Source: Octopus sinensis (Eukaryota). From it: DNA of 64,000 nucleotides. Positions 27,978 to 39,000 of this stretch are shown piece after piece; position 1 is the first letter of the stretch; the number at the start of each line of letters is the position of its first letter. The translations under genes and the position numbers were made by a program. A model generated the notes under the pieces. It ran no database searches. It saw only the letters and a program-made list of their open reading frames with translations, and was not told where the DNA came from. The stretch covers positions 5,890,001 through 5,954,000 of the forward strand of contig NC_043016.1 in NCBI RefSeq assembly GCF_006345805.1. The letters run 5' to 3'.

Positions 27978-30900
27978 ATATCATCATCATCATCATTGTT
28001 TAACATCCGCTTTCCATGCTAGCATGGGTTGGATGATTTGACCGAGGACTGGCGAACCAGATGGTGGCACCAGGCTCCAATCTTGATCTGGCAGAGTTTC
28101 TAAAGCTGGATGCCCTTCCTAATGCCAACCACTCTGAGAGTGTAGTGGGAGCTTTTATGTGCCAGCAGCATGGGGGCCAGTCAGGCGGTACTGGCAACGA
28201 CCTTGCTGGAATGTTTTTTCACAAGCCACTGGCACAAGTGCCAGTAAGGCGATGCTGATAACGATCACGCTCGAATGGTGCCTTTTACACGCCACTGGCA
28301 CGGAAGCCAGTTAGCCACTCTGTCAACGATCACGCTCGGATGGTGCTCTTTGTGCCCCACTAGCACGGATGCCAGTCATCAAATTTGATTTCGATTTCAC
28401 TTGCCTGAACAGGTCTTCGCAAGCAGAGTTTAGTGTCCAAAGAAGGAAAGGTATGCATAAGTGGGCTGATTACGCCCACAAATATTTGTGAACAAAGTGT
28501 CAATAGAGCACAAAGTAGTAATATGAAATTAGAATGGCAAATATATTGAAAGATACAGAGATAAGGAAATAATTTCATTCTCAAATGCAGGAGATAATGC
28601 TAATAATATAGCATGAATAGGATAAACTATCCGTATTTCACAGAAAAATCTGGCTGCCGACATATATTATTAGCACTATCCTGTGTTTGAGAATAAAATT
28701 ATTTCCTTATCTGTATCTTTCAATACATCTCATCGCTTCTAAAGCAAACTTTGTTGACTTTCAATGTAAGTTGAATTTCATATATATACATATATAAACA
28801 CACAGATAACAGACTTGTTTCAGTTTCTGAAGGCTTTGGTCAACATGGAGTTACAGTAGTTGAGATTTGCTCACGGTAAAACACAGTGGGACTGAAACTG
28901 AAGCCATGCAGTTGCAAAGTAGACTCGTTAACCTCACAACCACATCTGTAACTGAAAACAAAAATTCAATAAAAGAGAAATATAAAGAGTAATATAAAAC
29001 TCGTTTGTGTCTTTTACCTGATACATCTTTGGATGTTGGAGAGTGAACTGCTCCTCGATGTGGGCCCAGTGTTGGGGTCGATGCAGGACTTGGTGGCTCT
29101 AAAATGTCTCGGTATTTTGAGACCATTAATACAGAGGTAAAGTAGACAATAGCAAGAGCCAAGAATTGTGCTTGTTTGGTCTCATCCTGAAAAATGAGCA
29201 GAAAAAGAATGTATGTTAATTGACATCATCATTATCGTTCAATGACTGTCATCCATGCTAGCATAAGTTGGAGACTTCAACAGAAAGAGACCTAGCTCCA
29301 ATGTCAGCATGGGCCTGGTTTCTACAGCTGAATACCCTTCCTAATACCCACCACTTGACAGGATGTATTGGTGGTGGGGTTAGGTGGTAGAAGCACTAGT
29401 GAGGTCACTAAGTAACTTGCAAGACAAAGACCCCCCTCAACTAAATGGAGTTAGTGTAGTACTGAGAGGAGTGGCTTTGTGGAAGACTATGAAAGGTTAA
29501 AGTATGATAGCAGGATGATGAAAGGTTAAAGTATGATAGCAGGGTGATGAAAGGTTAAAGTATGATAGCAGGGTGATGAAAGGTTAAAGTATGATAGCAG
29601 GATGATGAAAGGTTAAAGTATGATAGCAGGGTGATGAAAGGTTAAAGTATGATAACAGGGGGATGAAAGGTTGAAGTATGATAGCAGGGTGATGAAAGGT
29701 TAAAGTATGATAGCAGGGTGATGAAAGGTTGAAGTATGATAGCAGGATGATGAAAGGTTAAAGTATGATAGCAGGATGATGAAAGGTTAAAATATGATAG
29801 CAGGATGATGAAAGGTTAAAGTATGATAGCAGGATGATGAAAGGTTAAAAATATGATAGCAGGATGATGAAAGGTTAAAGTATGATAGCAGGGTGATGAA
29901 AGGTTAAAGTATGATAGCAGGGTGATGAAAGGTTAAAGTATGATAGCAGGGTGATGAAAGGTTAAGTATGATAGCAGGATGATGAAGGTAAAGTATGATA
30001 GCAGGATGATGAAAGGTTGAAGTATGATAGCAGGATGATGAAGGTTAAGTATGATAGCAGGATGATGAAAGGTTAAAGTATGATTGCAGGATGATGAAAG
30101 GTTAAAGTATGATAGCAGGTGATGAAAGGTTGAAGTATGATAGCAGGATGATGAAAGGTTAAAGTATGATAGCAGGATGATGAAAGGTTGAAGTATGATA
30201 GCAGGGTGATGAAAGGTTGAAGTATGATAGCAGGATGATGAAAGGTTAAAGTATGATTGCAGGATGATGAAGTTAAAGTATGATAGCAGGGTGATGAAAG
30301 GTTGAAGTATGATAGCAGGATGATGAAAGGTTAAAGTATATAGCAGATGATGAAAGGTTGAAGTATGATAGCAGGGTGATGAAAGGTTGAAGTATGATAG
30401 CAGGATGATAAAGGTTAAAGTATGATAGCAGGGTGATGAAAGGTTAAAGTATGATAGCAGGATGATGAAAGGTTAAGTATGATAGCAGGTGATGAAAGGT
30501 TAAAATATGATGCAGGTGATGAAAGGTTAAGTATGATAGCAGGATGATGAAAGGTTAAAGTATGATAGCAGGATGATGAAAGGTTAAAATATGATATCAG
30601 GGTGATGAAAGGTTAAAATATGATAGCAGGGTGATGAAGGTTGAAGTATGATAGCAGGTGATGAAAGTTTAAAGTATGATAGCAGGATGATGAAAGGTTA
30701 AAGTATGATAGTAGGTTGATGAAAGGTTAAAGTATGATAGCAGGATGATGAAAGGTTAAAGTATGATAGCAGGGGGATGAAAGGTTAAAGTATGATAGCA
30801 GGGTGATGAAAGGTTAAAGTATGATAGCAGGGTGATGAAAGGTTAAAGTATGATAGCAGGGTGATGAAAGGTTAAAGTATGATAGCAGGGTGATGAAAGG

Positions 30901-33900
30901 TTAAAGTATGATAGAAGGGTGATGAAAGGTTAAAGTATGATTGCAGGATGATGAAAGGTTAAAGTATGATAGCAGGATGATGAAAGGTTGAAGTATGATA
31001 GCAGGATGATGAAAGGTTGAAGTATGATAGCAGGATGATGAAAGGTTAAAGTATGATAGCAGGGTGATGAAAGGTTAAAGTATGATAGCAGGATAATGAA
31101 AGGTTAAAGTATGATAGCAGGGTGATGAGAGGTTAAAGTATGATAGCAGGGTGATGAAAGGTTAAAGTATGATAGCAGGGTGATGAAAGGTTTAAGTATG
31201 ATAGCAGGGTGATGAAAGGTTAAAGTATGATAGCAGGATGATGAAAGGTTGAAGTATGATAGCAGGGTGATGAAAGGTTAAAGTATGATAGCAGGGTGAT
31301 GAAAGGTTAAAGTATGATAGCAGGATGATGAAAGGTTAAAGTATGATAGCAGGATGATGAAAGGTTAAAGTATGATAGCAGGATGATGAAAGGTTAAAGT
31401 ATGATAGCAGGATGATGAAAGGTTAAAATATGATAGCAGGATGATGAAAGGTTAAAGTATGATAGCAGGGTGATGAAAGGTTAAAATATGATAGCAGGAT
31501 GATGAAAGGTTAAAGTATGATAGCAGGATGATGAAAGGTTAAAGTATGATAGCAGGATATGAAAGTTTAAAGTATGATAGCAGGGGATGAAAGGTTAAAG
31601 TATGATAGCAGGGTGATGAAAGGTTAAAGTATGATAGCAGGGTGATGAAAGGTTAAGTATGATAGCAGGGTGATGAAAGGTTAAAGTATGATAGCAGGGT
31701 GATGAAAGGTTAAGTATGATAGCAGGGTGATGAAAGGTTAAAGTATGATTGCAGGATGATGAAAGGTTAAAGTATGATAGCAGATGATGATGAAAGGTTG
31801 AAGTATGATAGCAGGATGATGAAAGGTTGAAGTATGATAGCAGGATGATGAAAGGTTAAAGTATGATAGCAGGGTGATGAAAGGTTAAAGTATGATAGCA
31901 GGATGATGAAAGGTTAAAGTATGATAGCAGGGTGATGAAAGGTTGAAGTATGATAGCAGGGTGATGAAAGGTTAAAGTATGATAGCTGGATGATGAAAGG
32001 TTAAAATATGATAGCAGGGTGATGAAAGGTTAAAATATGATAGCAGGGTGATGAAAGGTTAAAATATGATAGCAGGGTGATGAAAGGTTAAAGTATGATA
32101 GCAGGGTAATGAAAGGTTGAAGTATGATAGCAGGGTGATGAAAGGTTAAAGTATGATAGCAGGATGATGAAAGGTTAAAGTATGATAGCAGGATGATGAA
32201 AGGTTGAAGTATGATAGCAGGGTGATGAAAGGTTAAAGTATGATTGCAGGATGATGAAAGGTTAAAGTATGATAGCAGGATGATGAAAGGTTGAAGTATG
32301 ATAGCAGGGTGATGAAAGGTTAAAGTATGATAGCAGGATGATGAAAGGTTGAAGTATGATAGCAGGGTGATGAAAGGTTAAAGTATGATAGCAGGGTGAT
32401 GAAAGGTTAAAGTATGATAGCAGGATGATGAAAGGTTAAAGTATGATAGCAGGATGATGAAAGGTTGAAGTATGATAGCAGGATGATGAAAGGTTGAAGT
32501 ATGATAGCAGGGTGATGAAAGGTTAAAGTATGATAGCAGGGTGATGAAAGGTTAAAGTATGATAGCAGGGTGATGAAAGGTTAAAATATGATAGCAGGAT
32601 GATGAAAGGTTAAAGTATGATAGCAGGGTGATGAAAGGTTAAAGTATGATAGCAGGGGGATGAAAGGTTAAAGTATGATAGCAGGGTGATGAAGGTAAAG
32701 TATGATAGCAGGGTGATGAAAGGTTAAAGTATGATAGCAGGGTGATGAAAGGTTAAAGTATGATAGCAGGGTGATGAATGGTTAAAGTATGATAGCAGGG
32801 TGATGAAAGGTTAAAGTATGATTGCAGGATGATGAAAGGTTAAAGTATGATAGCAGGATGATGAAAGGTTGAAGTATGATAGCAGGATGATGAAAGGTTG
32901 AAGTATGATAGCAGGATGATGAAAGGTTAAAGTATGATAGCAGGGTGATGAGAGGTTAAAGTATGATAGCAGGGTGATGAAAGGTTAAAGTATGATAGCA
33001 GGGTGATGAAAGGTTTAAGTATGATAGCAGGATGATGAAAGGTTAAAGTATGATAGCAGGATGATGAAAGGTTTAAGTATGATAGCAGGGTGATGAAAGG
33101 TTGAAGTATGATAGCAGGGTGATGAAAGGTTAAAGTATGATAGCAGATGATGAAAGGTTGAAGTATGATAGCAGGGTGATGAAAGGATAAAGTATGATAG
33201 CAGGATGATGAAAGGTTAAAGTATGATAGCAGGGTAATGAAAGGTTAAAGTATGATAGCAGGATGATGAAAGGTTAAAATATGATAGCAGGGTGATGAAA
33301 GGTTAAAATATGATAGCAGGGTGATGAAAGGTTAAAATATGATAGCAGGGTGATGAAAGGTTAAAGTATGATTGCAGGATGATGAAAGGTTAAAGTATGA
33401 TAGCAGGATGATGAAAGTTGAAGTATGATAGCAGGGTAATGAAAGGTTAAAGTATGATAGCAGGATGATGAAGGTTGAAGTATGATAGCAGGGTGATGAA
33501 AGGTTAAGTATGATAGCTGGATGATGAAAGGTTAAAATATGATAGCAGGGTGATGAAAGGTTAAAATATGATAGCAGGGTGATGAAAGGTTAAAATATGA
33601 TAGCAGGGTGATGAAAGGTTAAAGTATGATAGCAGGGTAATGAAAGGTTGAAGTATGATAGCAGGGTGATGAAAGGTTAAAGTATGATAGCAGGATGATG
33701 AAAGGTTAAAGTATGATAGCAGGATGATGAAAGGTTGAAGTATGATAGCAGGGTGATGAAAGGTTAAAGTATGATTGCAGGATGATGAAAGGTTAAAGTA
33801 TGATAGCAGGATGATGAAAGGTTGAAGTATGATAGCAGGGTGATGAAAGGTTAAAGTATGATAGCAGGATGATGAAAGGTTGAAGTATGATAGCAGGGTG

Positions 33901-36043
33901 ATGAAAGTTAAAGTATGATAGCAGGGTGATGAAAGGTTAAAGTATGATAGCAGGATGATGAAAGGTTAAAGTATGATAGCAGGATGATGAAAGGTTGAAG
34001 TATGATAGCAGGATGATGAAAGGTTGAAGTATGATAGCAGGGTGATGAAAGGTTAAGTATGATAGCAGGTGATGAAAGGTTAAAGTATGATAGCAGGGTG
34101 ATGAAAGGTTAAAATATGATAGCAGGATGATGAAAGGTTAAAGTATGATAGCAGGGTGATGAAAGGTTAAAGTATGATAGCAGGGGGATGAAAGGTTAAA
34201 GTATGATAGCAGGGTGATGAAAGGTTAAAGTATGATAGCAGGGTGATGAAAGGTTAAAGTATGATAGCAGGGTGATGAAAGGTTAAAGTATGATAGCAGG
34301 GTGATGAATGGTTAAAGTATGATAGCAGGGTGATGAAAGGTTAAAGTATGATTGCAGGATGATGAAAGGTTAAAGTATGATAGCAGGATGATGAAAGGTT
34401 GAAGTATGATAGCAGGATGATGAAAGGTTGAAGTATGATAGCAGGATGATGAAAGGTTAAAGTATGATAGCAGGTGATGAAAGGTTAAAGTATGATAGCA
34501 GGATGATGAAAGGTTAAAGTATGATGCAGGTGATGAGAGGTAAAGTATGATAGCAGGGTGATGAAAGGTTAAAGTATGATAGCAGGGTGATGAAAGTTTA
34601 AGTATGATAGCAGGATGATGAAAGGTTAAAGTATGATAGCAGGATGATGAAAGGTTTAAGTATGATAGCAGGGTGATGAAAGGTTGAAGTATGATAGCAG
34701 GGTGATGAAAGGTTAAAGTATGATAGCAGGATGATGAAAGGTTGAAGTATGATAGCAGGGTGATGAAAGGATAAAGTATGATAGCAGGATGATGAAAGGT
34801 TAAAGTATGATAGCAGGGTAATGAAAGGTTAAAGTATGATAGCAGGATGATGAAAGGTTAAAATATGATAGCAGGGTGATGAAAGGTTAAAATATGATAG
34901 CAGGTTGATGAAAGGTTAAAATATGATAGCAGGGTGATGAAAGGTTAAAGTATGATTGCAGGATGATGAAAGGTTAAAGTATGATAGCAGGATGATGAAA
35001 GGTTGAAGTATGATAGCAGGGTAATGAAAGGTTAAAGTATGATAGCAGGATGATGAAAGGTTGAAGTATGATAGCAGGGTGATGAAAGGTTAAAGTATGA
35101 TAGCTGGATGATGAAAGGTTAAAATATGATAGCAGGGTGATGAAAGGTTAAAATATGATAGCAGGGTGATGAAAGGTTAAAATATGATAGCAGGGTGATG
35201 AAAGGTTAAAGTATGATAGCAGGGTAATGAAAGGTTGAAGTATGATAGCAGGGTGATGAAAGGTTAAAGTATGATAGCAGGATGATGAAAGGTTAAAGTA
35301 TGATAGCAGGATGATGAAAGGTTGAAGTATGATAGCAGGGTGATGAAAGGTTAAAGTATGATTGCAGGATGATGAAAGGTTAAAGTATGATAGCAGGATG
35401 ATGAAAGGTTGAAGTATGATAGCAGGGTGATGAAAGGTTAAAGTATGATAGCAGGATGATGAAAGGTTGAAGTATGATAGCAGGGTGATGAAAGGTTAAA
35501 GTATGATAGCAGGATGATGAAAGGTTGAAGTATGATAGCAGGATGATGAAAGGTTGAAGTATGATAGCAGGGTGATGAAAGGTTAAAGTATGATAGCAGG
35601 GTTATGAAAGGTTAAAGTATGATAGCAGGGTGATGAAAGGTTAAAATATGATAGCAGGATGATGAAAGGTTAAAGTATGATAGCAGGGTGATGAAAGGTT
35701 AAAGTATGATAGCAGGATGATTTTAGTATCTACTTTAATAAGTATTTTATGTGTATACATTGTTGGTACATAGGTACATTATCCATGACTCTCCCTTGAT
35801 GCTTTTTCTATTTGAATACCTGATTCGTTTGAATACTCAAAATTTACATACACACACAATAGGCTTCTTTAGTTGGTCTGGCTGTAGTAGATGACACTTG
35901 CCCAAGGTGCCACACAGCGGGACTGAACCCAAAGCCATGTGATTATGAATCAAACTTCTTAATCACACATCCAGATTTTGAGCTAAATGTTACTTAAAGT
36001 GTGTCTTGAGCCAATAGGCCCATGCAAACATGGAAAAGTAGAC

Positions 36044-36077
<34 letters not shown>

Positions 36078-39000
36078 GGAGGAGGAGGAGGATTATAGTC
36101 CTGTCTGGTCATGATGAAATATTATCTTGCTTGGAAACAGGTGAGGGTTTGTGACAGGATGGGCATCCAGCCATAGAAAATGTGTGTCAACTGATTCCAT
36201 TCTGATCCCTGCATACATGGAAAAGTGAACATCAGTATAAAAATGATAATGACAATAATGAAAGTGAAGCTTCTCTCTATATATGTTTGTGTTATTTGTT
36301 TTTAAAAAAATCAAAATTCTATATACATACCATATCTCTGTATACAACAGCTCTGAGGCGAGTGATGTCCATGTCTTGAAGTAATTTTTCAGCATCCTTT
36401 ATAGGTGTAGTTTGTCCCCCTAAATTCTCAACAATATTCTGTAATGAACAAATTAAGACAGTATTTAATTAACATATTTAACCCTTTAGCATTCAGATTA
36501 ACATTCTGTCCAATTAATGCTTATTATATTCACATCGTTTTGAATTATTTATGTATTATCTCATAGTTTTGAGATTTCAATGGTGTGATGGTTTTACTTT
36601 TAGAATGACATTGTAATATGGTGTGAAATGCCAGATCTGTCCAGTTTTAACATTAAATTGGTAGAATACTTAGGCCACGTGTGGTTGGTTTAAATGCTAA
36701 AGGGTTAATTCAATGCAGAAATTAAAGTTCACCTTTGGAGAAGGGTGGGATCCACCTATTAGTGATTGTATGGGATCAATGCTACCATTTGTTGACTTTG
36801 TGTTTTGCCATTGAGAAGGCTGTGTTGGAGATGGATCTGTCACAGGTGTCTTTGGAGTATAGCGGTGTTTACATTCAAGGCAATTTCTTACTGTAGCAGT
36901 GCATACTGGAAAGAGAAGAAAAACAAAGTATTATTATTAGAGTTCAAATTTTTTTTCTTGAGTCTTAACTTGTTATGCTTCTAAGCAAAAATCTCAGCCC
37001 TTTATTAATTATGCAGAAAATACCTAAAAATGTAAAGGCGGCAAGCTGGAAGAAACATTAGCATGCCGGGCAAAATGCTTAGCAGTATTTCGTCTGTCTT
37101 TATGTTCTGAGTTCAAATTCTGCTGAGGTCGACTTTGCCTTTCATCTTTTGGGGTTGATAAATTAAGTACCAGTTGCGTACTGGGGTTGATCTGATCAAC
37201 TGGCACCTCTCCCCCAAAATTTCAGGCCTTGTGCCTAGAGTAGAAAAGAATACCTAAAAATCAATTTGTTTGTTGCAATGCTTAGTGTCTTTTCTTGTGG
37301 CCATATTATTGTGAAAATTGGCAGAATTGCAGAAAGGACTTTTGCTAAATGTAATTAGTTATTCTGTCATCATCAACGTCGTTATTTTAACATCTACTTT
37401 CCCACCATTGCAGAGGTTGATTAGAATTTACAGAGGTGGGCTTTCTATGACTGTGTGACCTTCCTCTTACCCACAATCAGATATGCTTTGAATCAAGATA
37501 ATCATCCCCATGGCCAGACAGATTTTCACAGTATTTGGGGAATGAATGACACTGCTTATATGACAGTGATACTCATTTACAACTATCATGCAATGTCAAG
37601 ACAGGGAGACACACACACTTCTTTCAGTTTCAGTCTACCAAATCCAATCATAAATCATTGGTTAACCTGAGGCTGTAGCAAAGACACTTGCCCAAGGTGT
37701 CATGCAATGGGACAGAAACCCAAAATAAGTATTTAAGAAGCAAATTTCTGAATAACACAACTACATCTCTGCTTTCTTTCATCATCATCATCATCATCGT
37801 TTAACATCCGCTTTCCATGCTAGCATGGGTTGGACGATTTTGACTGAGGGCTGGCGAACCAGATGGCTGCACCAGGGCTTCAATCTTGATCTGGCAGAGT
37901 TTCTATACCTGGATGCCCTTCCTAACGCCAACCACTCCAAGAGTGTAGTGGGTGCTTTTTATGTGCCATCGACACAGGGCCAGTCAGGCAGAACTGGCAA
38001 CGACCTCGCTCAAATCCTTTTACACATGCCACCAGCACAGGTGCCAGTAAGGTAACATTGGTGGCGATCACGGAAGCCAGTTGGCTGCTCTGGCAACGAT
38101 CACGCTCGGATGGTGCTCTTGGCACCCTACTAGCATGGGCACAAGTGCCAGTAAGGCGACGCTGGTAACGATCACGCTCGAATGATGCCCTTTAAGTGCC
38201 ACTGGCATGAAAGCCAGTTGGCTGCTCTGGCAACGATCACACTCATATGGTGCTCTTTGCATCCTCCTAGCACGGACACCAGTCATCGAATTTGATTTTG
38301 ATTTTGATTGATTTCACTTGCCTCAACAGGTCTTCGCAAGCAGAGTTTTAGTGTCCAAAGAAGGAAAAGGTACGCATAAGTGGGCTGGTTACGCCCCTGG
38401 CATAGGCCATGAGATTATGGTTTCATTTGGCTTGCCGGGTCTTCTCACACACGGCATATTTCCAAAGGTCTCAGTCACTGTGAAACGCTTATTGCCAATA
38501 AAACGTCTGATAATGCAAATCACAAGGGCAGAAATGTTTCTAACTGCAGAGAGAAGGAAAAGTAGAGAAGAGGTGCAGACTTACCCAAACGTAAACACTG
38601 CCTCAAAATTCCACCGGGCGGCATGTTTTTCTCTTGTTCCAGTTCAGAGAAGTTTGTGGAGCTAGTGAAAACGACGATGTCGGTCATATTCATAATTCTT
38701 TGTAGAATGGAAACAGCCTGCTCGATACTTAAGCCTTGGTTTGGTTCAAGAATATCCAGTTCTCCCTAGAAATATAAGTTACATAGTTAAAAACAAAAAC
38801 AATCAATACAAATTTATACAAGCTGTTATTTTTTTTTAATGTAAATGATAGAACCTAAAAATGGGTTTTGTTAATTAAATGTTTACAGAATCTTTTCTTG
38901 TGATCAGGTTATTGCAAACTTTTTTTTTTTTTGCTTGTTTGTTTTAAGTCTTTGTAATATAAAATGACAGCCAACTCCGTTTTGAAAGCGTTACGTCATC

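Noticed and set aside
29489-35721. CRISPR array (29-bp repeat)
   Set aside because: No spacers, monomers abut directly, eukaryotic intron, no cas genes
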